Positions 1-9,013 of a stretch of 64,000 bases of DNA are shown in pieces. The notes under the pieces are model-generated. The model had not been told where the DNA came from, did no database searches, and was given only the letters and a program-made list of their open reading frames with translations. The position numbers were made by a program, and so were the translations under genes. The DNA lies in IMG/VR virus record IMGVR_UViG_3300032240_001991, positions 124,001-188,000 of that record. One strand, 5' to 3'. Position 1 is the stretch's first letter. The number at the start of each line of letters is the position of its first letter.

Positions 1-59
1 AGGCTGCTAAAAAGAAGACGGCTAAAAAGAAAGCCGCTAAAAAGAAAACCAAAAAATAA
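1..59 (+). CDS. 3' end of a gene with a Lys/Ala-rich histone H1-like tail (partial)
   Basis: Reads ...AAKKKTAKKKAAKKKTKK* from position 3, stop at 57-59, followed by a terminator. Confidence 0.6.
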   Translation, partial: AAKKKTAKKKAAKKKTKK

Positions 60-63
60 CTTT

Positions 64-86
64 AGGGCTCGTTTGGGCCCTTTTTT
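64..86 (+). terminator. Rho-independent terminator
   Basis: AGGGCTC-gttt-GGGCCCT stem then T-run. Confidence 0.75.
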
Positions 87-151
87 GGTTGCATCTTTTG
101 GTAAAACCTGTATAATAATACTTGTGATAAATATTCAAAAGGGTTAGACTT

Positions 152-373
152 ATGAAGTTAGGTGAAATTGTTAACTTTTATCAGACCGCGTCAGACGATG
201 CTCTCTTAGAACATGTTGAACAGAATAACGACACCGGTCTTTCTTCAACAGATGTAGTTAAGATTATTCGTACGGGCAATGATCCCGGTGCATGGAGCGA
301 GCCAATGACTGGAGATCAGTTATCAGAATATCTAGTTCAATTAGTAGGAACTCCAAAGAATGTCCAAAAATAA
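152..373 (+). CDS. small acidic protein, candidate antitoxin
   Basis: 73 aa, acidic, overlaps the start of the RelE/YafQ-like gene. Confidence 0.45.
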   Translation: MKLGEIVNFYQTASDDALLEHVEQNNDTGLSSTDVVKIIRTGNDPGAWSEPMTGDQLSEYLVQLVGTPKNVQK

Positions 374-785
374 AGGCAAACAACAACCTGTTGTTGCGCC
401 TCCTACTGCGGCAAAGGCAGTTTTTAAGATTTGTGATCTTTTTGCTTCAACATTCAAAGAAAAAACTCAAGTTGATAGTTCTTTATTAGAAAAATTTGAA
501 AACTTTAAAAAAACTAAAGAGAATGATCCGTTAGCTAGGTTTGGGGGCAGCGATAGATTATTTGTTTCTGGTGCTCCTTTAAGAAATGCTATACCTGGCG
601 AAAATTTAGGTCATGCTCATTTAACACAAGACCTTAGCGTTGTTTATTCAATATCCGGAAAAAATCCCACTATTGTTAAACTTTACGGAGTATTCACTCA
701 CGCAGAGTTAGGCACTGGCACACCGCCAAAGATTAAAACACAGCAGCAGATGGCTAAGACATTTTCTAACCAAAGATTCACTTAA
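360..785 (+). CDS. RelE/YafQ-like ribonuclease fold protein
   Basis: C-terminal GHAHLTQDLSVVYS...VKLYGVFTHAEL parallels YafQ-family ECHIxxDxLLIY...LxRxGTHSEL. Confidence 0.55.
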   Translation: MSKNKGKQQPVVAPPTAAKAVFKICDLFASTFKEKTQVDSSLLEKFENFKKTKENDPLARFGGSDRLFVSGAPLRNAIPGENLGHAHLTQDLSVVYSISGKNPTIVKLYGVFTHAELGTGTPPKIKTQQQMAKTFSNQRFT

Positions 786-790
786 CAGAA

Positions 791-819
791 TTGACTTCTA
801 CTAAATAGAACTGTATAAT
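791..819 (+). promoter_or_regulatory. sigma70-type promoter of the NAD operon
   Basis: TTGACT-17 nt-TATAAT. Confidence 0.8.
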
Positions 820-828
820 ATTATACAT

Positions 829-870
829 AGAGCAGGGTAGACCAGCTCTTACAACAACAGGAGTAGATCC
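829..870 (+). promoter_or_regulatory. twin GUAGA-loop hairpin leader, copy 1
   Basis: AGAGC-A-GG-GTAGA-CC-A-GCTCT, then GGA-GTAGA-TCC overlapping the SD; repeated at 1928-1974. Confidence 0.75.
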
Positions 871-872
871 AT

Positions 873-1928
873 ATGAAAAATAAATCCCAAGGGTGGACTG
901 ACCGCGGCATTGAACCAAGACAGTACGACTTAGCAGTCGTAATTGGTCGATTCCAACCTTTCCACAATGCCCACGAAAAACTAATTGAACATGCCAAACA
1001 GCATAGTAAAGATGTATTGGTTCTGATTGGTAGTTCGTTTATTGCCCGCAACATTAAGAACCCGTTTACCTATGACGAACGTGTTGCTATGTTGCCAGAT
1101 GATGTAGTAGCTGCGCCAATTGAAGACGAACTTTATAATGACCAGCACTGGGTTGCTCGAGTACAGCAGCAGATTGAAGAAGAGTTGCACAATGTTTATG
1201 GCAATGTCTCTGATCGAACTGTTTGTATTGTTGGGCATGAGAAAGACGACAGTAGCCAATACTTGCGGTGGTTCCCGCAATATGACTTTGTAGAAGTGCC
1301 TAGTTTTGCTACATTAGACAGCACTAAGATCCGAGACATTCTGTTTGGAAGTGAAATGATTCCAGCGGATGTTATGCCTGAGCGTGTACAGGCCTTTATC
1401 AAGGCTTGGTGTATCAGTAACGAAGAGATTTATTTTAATCTCTGCGCCGAGCACAAGTTTATTAAAGACTATAAGCAGATGTGGAGCGCAGCACCATTTC
1501 AGCCTGTGTTTGTTACAACCGATGCTGTAGTTATTTGCCAAGGACACATCCTGCTTATTAAGCGTCGTATGGCGCCAGGTAAGGGTCTGTGGGCATTGCC
1601 CGGCGGATTTCTTGGACCAAATGAAAAAATTGAAGATTCTATGATTCGTGAACTAGAAGAAGAAACTCGTATCCGTGTTAACCGAGACATGCTACTCGCA
1701 TGTACTAAAGGATCACATGTGTTTGACCATCCTCGCCGCAGCGAACGTGGCAGGACAATTACTCATGCTTATCTGGTCGTACTGCAAGAACGAACTCTTC
1801 CTAAAGTGCGCGGATCAGATGATGCTGAGAGGGCGAAGTGGGTCCCGCTTTCTGAGTTTTATGATATGACGGACCAAATGTATGAAGATCATTATTCAAT
1901 CGCCACATACATGATTAATCGAGCCTAA
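873..1928 (+). CDS. nadM: bifunctional NMN adenylyltransferase / Nudix ADP-ribose pyrophosphatase (NadM-Nudix)
   Basis: GRFQPFHNAH (HxGH-type) motif, NPFT, Nudix box GGFLGPNEKIEDSMIRELEEET. Confidence 0.93.
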   Translation: MKNKSQGWTDRGIEPRQYDLAVVIGRFQPFHNAHEKLIEHAKQHSKDVLVLIGSSFIARNIKNPFTYDERVAMLPDDVVAAPIEDELYNDQHWVARVQQQIEEELHNVYGNVSDRTVCIVGHEKDDSSQYLRWFPQYDFVEVPSFATLDSTKIRDILFGSEMIPADVMPERVQAFIKAWCISNEEIYFNLCAEHKFIKDYKQMWSAAPFQPVFVTTDAVVICQGHILLIKRRMAPGKGLWALPGGFLGPNEKIEDSMIRELEEETRIRVNRDMLLACTKGSHVFDHPRRSERGRTITHAYLVVLQERTLPKVRGSDDAERAKWVPLSEFYDMTDQMYEDHYSIATYMINRA

Positions 1929-1974
1929 GTGCAGGGTAGACCAGCACTATTTTTAACAATTAAGGAGTAGATCC
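1928..1974 (+). promoter_or_regulatory. twin GUAGA-loop hairpin leader, copy 2
   Basis: AGTGC-A-GG-GTAGA-CC-A-GCACT (compensatory change relative to copy 1), then GGA-GTAGA-TCC over the SD. Confidence 0.75.
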
Positions 1975-1976
1975 AA

Positions 1977-3350
1977 ATGAATATTATTTTAAACACCGAT
2001 AGTTACAAGACCAGCCACTTTGTTCAGTATCCAGAAGGTACTACCAACGTGTTCTCATACATTGAGTCACGCGGTGGCGAATACGATCATACACTGTTTT
2101 TTGGCCTGCAGGTATTTGTTAAGGAATACCTGCTCAAACCAATTACTATTGCAGACATTGATGAAGCTGAAGAAGTTTATCAACTTCACGGCGTGCCGTT
2201 CAATCGTGCGGGATGGGAGTACATCCTTTATCATCACGATGGGTATCTTCCACTACGGATTAAAGCAGTAAAGGAAGGTACTATTGTGCCAACGCACAAT
2301 GTTTTGGTCACTGTAGAAAATACTGATCCTAACCTGCCATGGTTGACTAGCTATGTAGAAACGGCATTGCTTCGCGCAGTGTGGTATCCTACTACTGTAG
2401 CAACTATTAGCCACAGCATCCGCAAGGTTATTGAAGAACGTCTTAAGATCAGCGCAGACACTACTGATGGATTAGACTTTAAACTGCATGACTTTGGTGC
2501 GCGTGGTGTTAGTAGCTTGGAAAGTGCTGCTCTTGGCGGACTTGCACACCTTGTGAACTTCAAAGGCACTGACAACGTGCCCGCATTGATGTATGCTCGT
2601 AAGTATTATGATGAGCGCATGGCAGGGTTCAGCATTCCAGCAGCAGAGCACAGCACTATCACTAGCTGGGGTCGCGAGCATGAAGTAGATGCTTATGCCA
2701 ATATGCTCAAGCAGTTTGCTAAACCTGGCGCACTGGTAGCAGTGGTCAGCGACAGCTACGATCTTTTTAATGCTGTAGAAAACATCTGGGGAGGAGAACT
2801 GCGTCAGCAAATTATTGACAGCGGCGCAACTGTTGTAATTCGTCCAGACTCGGGTAACCCTACAGACATTGTTGCACATACTGCGGTCTTGTTGGACAAG
2901 AAGTTTGGGCATACATTGACCAAGGATGGACATAAGCTGCTCAACAATGTTCGCATTATCCAAGGCGACGGCATCAACGAGCAGAGTATTAAGGATATCC
3001 TTGCTCGTTTGCAGGTTTTGGGTTATAGTGCAGACAACGTAGCGTTTGGTATGGGCGGTGCCTTGCTCCAGCACATGAATCGAGACACACAGAAGTTTGC
3101 TATGAAGGCTTCTGCTGCTAAGGTTAACGGTGAATGGAGAGACGTTTTCAAAGATCCCGTCACGGACTTTGGCAAGCGTAGCAAGAAGGGTCGGTTGGAT
3201 TTGTTTTACAATCATATGAACAATACCTACTCAACTGCTCGCGAAACTGAAGATCGTGTACACTTCCGCATGCTAGAAACAGTTTACGAGAATGGTCAGC
3301 TGGTTCGCGAACAGACGTTGACAGAGATTCGCGATATCGCTAAACTGTAA
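1977..3350 (+). CDS. nadV: nicotinamide phosphoribosyltransferase (NAMPT)
   Basis: TDSYKTSH, LHDFGARG, IPAAEHS, VSDSYD, IRPDSG, IQGDG, FGMGG motifs. Confidence 0.95.
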   Translation: MNIILNTDSYKTSHFVQYPEGTTNVFSYIESRGGEYDHTLFFGLQVFVKEYLLKPITIADIDEAEEVYQLHGVPFNRAGWEYILYHHDGYLPLRIKAVKEGTIVPTHNVLVTVENTDPNLPWLTSYVETALLRAVWYPTTVATISHSIRKVIEERLKISADTTDGLDFKLHDFGARGVSSLESAALGGLAHLVNFKGTDNVPALMYARKYYDERMAGFSIPAAEHSTITSWGREHEVDAYANMLKQFAKPGALVAVVSDSYDLFNAVENIWGGELRQQIIDSGATVVIRPDSGNPTDIVAHTAVLLDKKFGHTLTKDGHKLLNNVRIIQGDGINEQSIKDILARLQVLGYSADNVAFGMGGALLQHMNRDTQKFAMKASAAKVNGEWRDVFKDPVTDFGKRSKKGRLDLFYNHMNNTYSTARETEDRVHFRMLETVYENGQLVREQTLTEIRDIAKL

Positions 3351-3356
3351 ACAATT

Positions 3357-3392
3357 AAGTCGCATTGCACTATCACAATGCGACTTTCCTTT
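3357..3392 (+). terminator. hairpin/terminator after the NAD operon
   Basis: AAGTCGCATTG / CAATGCGACTT 11-bp inverted repeat then TCCTTT. Confidence 0.6.
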
Positions 3393-3401
3393 GAGGTGGT
3401 T

Positions 3402-3641
3402 ATGAAATTTACATATTCCCCTGTATTAGACCCTGTATTAGATGATATAGTTTGGCAAGATTATCTTTATATGATTGGTAAACGGTGTATGCCAGACGCG
3501 GCATATGCAGCAATGCAGGAAAAATACCCCGGCGATTACACGCTTCAGCAAAGATATGATAGCGAGAAGGGCGGATACTATTACACTATGGAATGGGGGA
3601 ACGAAGCAAGCAAAACTATGTGGTTATTGAAATTTTCATGA
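3402..3641 (+). CDS. small phage protein, L-x-[WF]-S C-terminal family
   Basis: GAGG SD before ATG 3402; ends MWLLKFS. Confidence 0.7.
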   Translation: MKFTYSPVLDPVLDDIVWQDYLYMIGKRCMPDAAYAAMQEKYPGDYTLQQRYDSEKGGYYYTMEWGNEASKTMWLLKFS

Positions 3642-3868
3642 CAGACCTTTTTAAAGATTGGAAAGAAAAACGATTTGTTGTTAATAGAGATAGCTTAATT
3701 GAAGAAGGCTATGAATTCTTTGTAGTATTGACTGATTTTTCATTTTGGATAAAGAATTCTGATAAGTTAACAGCGTGGTGCGATCGTAACCAATGTAAAT
3801 GGACAGGAATGGTAATAAGTATCCCCAACGAAACAACTATGTCATTGTTTATATTGAGTTGGTCATAA
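3638..3868 (+). CDS. small phage protein, L-x-[WF]-S C-terminal family
   Basis: ATGA overlap with the previous gene; central WC; ends LFILSWS. Confidence 0.7.
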   Translation: MTDLFKDWKEKRFVVNRDSLIEEGYEFFVVLTDFSFWIKNSDKLTAWCDRNQCKWTGMVISIPNETTMSLFILSWS

Positions 3869-3910
3869 TTTGTAATAAATCTTTAATCAAACGGCTATTA
3901 AATATGACGT

Positions 3911-4711
3911 ATGGAAAACAACAAATACAGAACTATTTTTATCAGCGACGTTCATCTTGGTTCCAAAGCCTGCAAAGCAGATTTACTTTGTGACTTTTTA
4001 AAACAAAATACTGCTGATACTTTATATCTAGTAGGCGATATCATCGACGGATGGAGACTAAGTCGCAAATTCTATTGGCCACAAAGTCATAGCAATGTTA
4101 TACGCCGTATACTAACCGCTAGCAAACGCGGAACTAAAGTTATCTATGTAATTGGAAATCACGACGAAGTTATACGCAGTGCACTCCCTTTTGCTCGAGC
4201 ATTTGGTAATATAGAGCTTACAAATCTGCATAAACATCAAGGAGTTGACGGTAAAACTTATCTGGTTATACACGGCGATTTATTTGATACTGTACTACAA
4301 ACAAGATTAAAATTTCTATACCATATTGGTGACTTCTTTTATGATCTGTTGGTCACAATCAATTCTGTTTTAGCTAAAATACGTGCTAAACTTCGCAAGC
4401 CTTATTGGAGTTTGAGTGCATATCTTAAACGCCGTACTAAAGAAGCTGTAAGCTACCTAAATAATTTTGAAGAACTGATTGTAGAATATTGCCACAATAA
4501 AAAAGCAGATGGCATCATTTGTGGACATATACATCACGCAGATATTAAACGGGTTAAAGATATTGTTTATATGAACGACGGCGACTGGGTTGAAAGTTGC
4601 ACAGCGTTAGTTGAACATCACGACGGCCGATGGGAAATTATTGATTGGATTAAGGAAACCTACGATGTGGTTGCTGATAATAATAGCGATAAACATTCAC
4701 AATCCCTATGA
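3911..4711 (+). CDS. PlcP/LpxH-like metallophosphoesterase (UDP-2,3-diacylglucosamine hydrolase family)
   Basis: SDVHLG, GDIIDGW, GNHDE, HGD, CGHIH, NDGDWVESC motifs. Confidence 0.88.
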   Translation: MENNKYRTIFISDVHLGSKACKADLLCDFLKQNTADTLYLVGDIIDGWRLSRKFYWPQSHSNVIRRILTASKRGTKVIYVIGNHDEVIRSALPFARAFGNIELTNLHKHQGVDGKTYLVIHGDLFDTVLQTRLKFLYHIGDFFYDLLVTINSVLAKIRAKLRKPYWSLSAYLKRRTKEAVSYLNNFEELIVEYCHNKKADGIICGHIHHADIKRVKDIVYMNDGDWVESCTALVEHHDGRWEIIDWIKETYDVVADNNSDKHSQSL

Positions 4712-4835
4712 TCAACCTGGTAAAGTTACAATTGAATTTCCAACACAGGAATCATGCGAGAAAGCAAAATCTACAATTAGAAGTTCACTAAAATTTAAAA
4801 ATTTCACAGTGACATCGCAATGCGTAAAATCCTAA
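4665..4835 (+). CDS. small secreted/membrane hypothetical protein
   Basis: AGGA SD, hydrophobic N-terminus, two Cys. Confidence 0.55.
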   Translation: MWLLIIIAINIHNPYDQPGKVTIEFPTQESCEKAKSTIRSSLKFKNFTVTSQCVKS

Positions 4836-5815
4836 TCATCACTGATAATTTGAAGGACCAAATAAATGGTGTTGTTACTACGTTTAAAAATATTGAAGCG
4901 TATGCTTCTATTGACCATTATTCTTTTGTTTATCTTGATCCCGGGCAGTTTAATTATATTAACTGTCCTGGCTACCCAGAAGTCAAACTTAGTTTCCCGT
5001 ATAAAATTGGTAAAAAGATTAAGGAGATCGATCCGGATTATATCCACATCGCTACAGAAGGGCCTTTGGGGTTCGCTGCTCGATGCTGGCTAGATAAGAA
5101 TAGATGGAAATATAATACAAGTTATCATACAAAATTCCCAGATTTCTTAAAACAGATATATGGTATTCCTAAATCAATTACTTACAATTATGTTCGTTGG
5201 TTTCATAAACATAGCGGAAAGGTTTTAACTACTACTCAAACGATGGTTAATGATCTTAGAGAAAACGGATTTCAAGATAATATTATTCCGTGGACAAGGG
5301 GAGTAGATCGTAAAGTTTTTAAAAGTTCTTTAAGGTTAAAAAATAATAAAACCGTACTACTAAGTGTAGGTCGCATTAGCAAAGAAAAAGGATTAGATGA
5401 TTTCTGCGAACTAAACTATCCTAATTCTGTAAAAATTATAGTTGGAGACGGTCCATACCGTAAAGATCTTGAAGAAAGATATCCTAACATACAATTTGTA
5501 GGAATTAAGCGGGGATTAGAATTATCTGAGTACTACGCACAGGCCGATGTATTTGTTTTTACAAGTCGCACAGATACGTTCGGCATAGTCATCATAGAAA
5601 GTCTAGCATGCGGCACTCCTGTTGCAGCATATTCTGTTCCGGGACCAATCGATATATTAGAAAATGGTATAACTGGATATATGGGAAATAATCTAGTAGA
5701 TTCAATAACTCGTTGCTTAGAGTTAGATAGAAAACAAGTAGAAATTAACAGCAATAAATGGTCTTGGAAAAATTGTTGGGAAATCTTTAGAGATAACCTA
5801 GTAAACAAAAATTAA
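4820..5815 (+). CDS. GT4 glycosyltransferase (Agt-like)
   Basis: QINGVV, HIATEGPLG, SYHTKFP, VGRISKEK, DTFGIVIIES. Confidence 0.9.
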   Translation: MRKILIITDNLKDQINGVVTTFKNIEAYASIDHYSFVYLDPGQFNYINCPGYPEVKLSFPYKIGKKIKEIDPDYIHIATEGPLGFAARCWLDKNRWKYNTSYHTKFPDFLKQIYGIPKSITYNYVRWFHKHSGKVLTTTQTMVNDLRENGFQDNIIPWTRGVDRKVFKSSLRLKNNKTVLLSVGRISKEKGLDDFCELNYPNSVKIIVGDGPYRKDLEERYPNIQFVGIKRGLELSEYYAQADVFVFTSRTDTFGIVIIESLACGTPVAAYSVPGPIDILENGITGYMGNNLVDSITRCLELDRKQVEINSNKWSWKNCWEIFRDNLVNKN

Positions 5816-5901
5816 AATCGGGCACAATATAGGGTGTCACTGGAGCCGTAACCAGACTTTGTAATCATTCCTTAACTAAATATTTTTCTAGGAATACTAC
5901 A

Positions 5902-6057
5902 ATGAAGCAAAAAAATCTTGTAAAAAAAATGTATCAGGCGTGTTTAGATCACAATGTTGACCTACAACGAGAATTGCGATTGAAAGAGTACGCTAAAATT
6001 TTCAAAAGAAAAGAATCAGGAAAACATTTTAACTCCAAATGGACCGTTCTTAGATAA
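5902..6057 (+). CDS. small basic hypothetical protein (51 aa, not in the ORF track)
   Basis: AGGA SD and TAAATA box upstream; MKQKNLVKKMYQAC...KWTVLR*. Confidence 0.55.
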   Translation: MKQKNLVKKMYQACLDHNVDLQRELRLKEYAKIFKRKESGKHFNSKWTVLR

Positions 6058-6072
6058 TTGGTAAAATCAGCG

Positions 6073-6101
6073 TTGACCTTAAACTATCTGTAAAGTATAA
6101 T
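6073..6101 (+). promoter_or_regulatory. sigma70-type promoter
   Basis: TTGACC-17-TATAAT followed by AAGGAGG SD. Confidence 0.75.
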
Positions 6102-6124
6102 ACATATACTTAAAAGGAGGATTT

Positions 6125-6457
6125 ATGTCAATTAATAATGCTGAAATTGTATTGCACGAAATGAACCATTACTGCATGAAATCTACCGGAGAACCTCAGG
6201 TTTGGACAGGAAAGAATGCCACCTATCATTGGACTCGCGGTAAGACTACTGATGACGGAATTGTTAACGGAGTTGTGCGAAAGCTAGCTGGGGTTAACGC
6301 TAATGGAGATAAAATCTGGGTAGTTGCAGGGTCTTTCAAGATCACTAGTAACGGAGAAATTCTTCGTTTTACTGGACTTCCTAAGGTTGCACAAAAGATG
6401 ATTGAAGTCGTTGTGCGCTCAGGGTTTAAATCTTTGGAAACTGCAGAGCTCGTTTAA
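6125..6457 (+). CDS. hypothetical phage protein
   Basis: strong SD and promoter; 110 aa. Confidence 0.75.
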   Translation: MSINNAEIVLHEMNHYCMKSTGEPQVWTGKNATYHWTRGKTTDDGIVNGVVRKLAGVNANGDKIWVVAGSFKITSNGEILRFTGLPKVAQKMIEVVVRSGFKSLETAELV

Positions 6458-6458
6458 T

Positions 6459-6848
6459 ATGACTATGCACCTAGTACACCCTGCCCTTACGACTACAGGT
6501 AAGAAAAAGGGTAAGAAAAAATGGGCGTCCGCTGAGCATAAACGCAAGGCTGAATTAGCCCGTGCAGCTCGTGAAGCTATGTTGAAAGAATACAACATTA
6601 AACCCACTAAGAAACGTCGTGATGATTTTACGGTAATAGATCATCGTCCTAAATATGACCATCCTCGATATGTTGATCATAACGAGATTGCTAGTTTAAA
6701 TACCACTTGGGAACCCTGTCTTAAGAAACAACCGTTGCGTTATACAGGAACCCTTATTAAAGGTATTGCTACTATGCATAAGTCAAATGCAGTTCCGGTT
6801 ATTAACGAAGAAGAGATGGTCTCTATCAGTCAAATGAGGAGAGGATAG
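6459..6848 (+). CDS. conserved T4-like phage hypothetical protein
   Basis: YTGTLIKGIATMHKSNAVPV motif recalled from aquatic myoviruses. Confidence 0.7.
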   Translation: MTMHLVHPALTTTGKKKGKKKWASAEHKRKAELARAAREAMLKEYNIKPTKKRRDDFTVIDHRPKYDHPRYVDHNEIASLNTTWEPCLKKQPLRYTGTLIKGIATMHKSNAVPVINEEEMVSISQMRRG

Positions 6849-6876
6849 TGCGCAATCTAACACAAGGAAATGTAAA

Positions 6877-7386
6877 ATGATTACAGTTAAAGAGTTTATG
6901 GAAGCAGTAGATTATCGCATCACTGAAGGCACTGAATACATGTGGGAATGCTGGGGATCTGATACATTTGTATTAGATAGCTACGATAGCAATGTAAACG
7001 GATATAATATCAGCATTATATTTGACACTAGAACACAAATTGTCTATCAGGCCGCTGCATACGATTACAAACGAAATCGTGCTTATCGTTTGATGAATCC
7101 ATTGTATGAAGAAGATTATAGGAAAGAAGCATTATCTAGGAAGGTAAATGCCAACGAGGCCCTCGAGGATCTTAATTTTATTGATCTAGAGGAAGACGAT
7201 GACTTCCTTAGAAAGGCTACAGCAATTGCAAAAGGCTTAGACTATGATGCAAGAATTTCTATTACTTTAGATCTAAGTGATAATACTATTTTTCAGTTAA
7301 TGAAGATGGCACATGATCAAGACGTGACACTTAATCATCTTGTAGAAGAAGTTCTTCGAGCTGAAATGGATAAGTTAGAAGAGTAA
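6877..7386 (+). CDS. hypothetical protein, possible C-terminal ribbon-helix-helix
   Basis: SD AAGGA; C-terminus ITLDLSD...AHDQDVTLNHLVEEVLR. Confidence 0.7.
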   Translation: MITVKEFMEAVDYRITEGTEYMWECWGSDTFVLDSYDSNVNGYNISIIFDTRTQIVYQAAAYDYKRNRAYRLMNPLYEEDYRKEALSRKVNANEALEDLNFIDLEEDDDFLRKATAIAKGLDYDARISITLDLSDNTIFQLMKMAHDQDVTLNHLVEEVLRAEMDKLEE

Positions 7387-7416
7387 TTACGGAAAGATTT
7401 CCTGGTAAATATAGAC

Positions 7417-8658
7417 ATGAATAACACTCTGACTAATAAATTTGTTGCATTTTTAACGCTTTTAAGTGGACTGAGCATTTCAGCAGTGGCCGTATATTAT
7501 TCAGTATCAGGTCTTACTGCTATTTTTGCTGCGGCGGTTATTCCCATCATTATTATGGGTATAGCTCTAGAAATTGGAAAACTTGTAGCTACAGTTTGGC
7601 TGAAGCAGAATTGGAATGTTGCTCCTTGGAGTATCAAGATTCTTTTAACTTTAGCAGTGGTGGTACTGATGCTAATTACCAGCATGGGTATCTTTGGCTT
7701 TTTAAGCAAAGCACACAGCGACCAAAGTCTAGTTAGCGGCGATGTTGCTGCTCGCATCGCAGTTTATGACGAAAAAATTAAAGTAGAAAAAGAAACAGTT
7801 GAAACTGATCGCAAGGCTCTACGCCAAATGGATGATGCTGTTGATCAATTAATGAGTCGTTCTACTACAGAAAACGGTGCAGATAAAGCAGTAGCACTAC
7901 GCCGTAGTCAACATAAAGAACGAGTTCGTTTGTTGGCAGAGATTAATGATTCTCAAAAAACCATTTCTAAGTTAAATGAAGAACGTGCTCCAATTGCTGC
8001 AGAATCTCGCAAGGTAGAAGCAGAAGTTGGCCCTATCAAATATATTGCTGCTTTTTTCTACGGTAACACCGATCAGGCTATTCTTGAACGTGCAGTTACT
8101 TGGGTAATCATCACATTGATTTTAGTGTTTGATCCACTAGCAGTAATTCTATTACTTGCAAGCCAGCATAGTTTCCAAAAGATGCGAGAAAAGGTAGAGG
8201 AAGAACCCGGAAAGGAAGAAGAGCTTCCTGTAAAAGAAGATTCACCTAAACCTAACGAAGATGACAAGATGAATCCTGTTGATCTTTGGAATACCATGAT
8301 CAAAGCCGTTGAAGTTGAATCGGCTGAAAATAAACCTGCTGCTGTTGAGCTGCCTCCAAAGCCTCACGTTTGGAAGACAACGGTATATCATCCACCTAGT
8401 GCTGATGAACAAAAAGGTACTACATCTTCTTCTTATGTTCAAAACGAAGAACAAGAAGAAAGTGGAAACTGGAAAAATCTCAATAAAGTTATTAGCGAAA
8501 AAGAGTATCTTACAGAAGCTGAAAAAAATATTGAAGAAATGATTAAACGAGTTCGTTCAGGCGTACTGCCGTTTTATAAAGTCCCACACGAAATTAAAGA
8601 AGAAGTAAAGAAAGGCTTAGATAGTGACAGCAAAAATAACACTAATAACCCCGCCTGA
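7417..8658 (+). CDS. membrane protein with coiled coil (conserved in large phages)
   Basis: three N-terminal TM segments, coiled coil, EVGPIKY...VFDPLAV TM. Confidence 0.8.
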   Translation: MNNTLTNKFVAFLTLLSGLSISAVAVYYSVSGLTAIFAAAVIPIIIMGIALEIGKLVATVWLKQNWNVAPWSIKILLTLAVVVLMLITSMGIFGFLSKAHSDQSLVSGDVAARIAVYDEKIKVEKETVETDRKALRQMDDAVDQLMSRSTTENGADKAVALRRSQHKERVRLLAEINDSQKTISKLNEERAPIAAESRKVEAEVGPIKYIAAFFYGNTDQAILERAVTWVIITLILVFDPLAVILLLASQHSFQKMREKVEEEPGKEEELPVKEDSPKPNEDDKMNPVDLWNTMIKAVEVESAENKPAAVELPPKPHVWKTTVYHPPSADEQKGTTSSSYVQNEEQEESGNWKNLNKVISEKEYLTEAEKNIEEMIKRVRSGVLPFYKVPHEIKEEVKKGLDSDSKNNTNNPA

Positions 8659-9013
8659 TATTTTTCAAAACGATCAAGAAAGTGTTTTATTTTTTGATCT
8701 TTCTAGTGAAGAACAAGATTCTGTTATCCAATGGTTAACAAAGAATGATTTGACTATTAACATATATTTTTATCAAGGGGAAGTTAACATTCCTTGGTTG
8801 CTACATTCTTTATCTTGTTCAACCTACAAATATGTTAACATTGACAATATGTCAGCAGTAACTAGTCACATGTCTAGTTATATATTGGCAAAAAATAATG
8901 TTTTTTATAGTACAAAAGATGTTAATATATCTGAACTATACAGTTACATTAATAATAACCGTGTTACTGATGCGGTTGATTTTTTAAAGAAGGTGTTCAG
9001 TGTCAGCCGATAA
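8624..9013 (+). CDS. hypothetical protein
   Basis: overlaps both neighbours, operon-like. Confidence 0.65.
   Translation: MTAKITLITPPDIFQNDQESVLFFDLSSEEQDSVIQWLTKNDLTINIYFYQGEVNIPWLLHSLSCSTYKYVNIDNMSAVTSHMSSYILAKNNVFYSTKDVNISELYSYINNNRVTDAVDFLKKVFSVSR

Noticed and set aside
2472-3215. 247-aa antisense ORF within nadV and many other nested ORFs
   Set aside because: Shadow frames of well-supported genes with no recognisable motifs
3419-3442. 12-nt tandem duplication CCCTGTATTAGA x2
   Set aside because: In-frame PVLD duplication with two copies and no spacers; not CRISPR or regulatory
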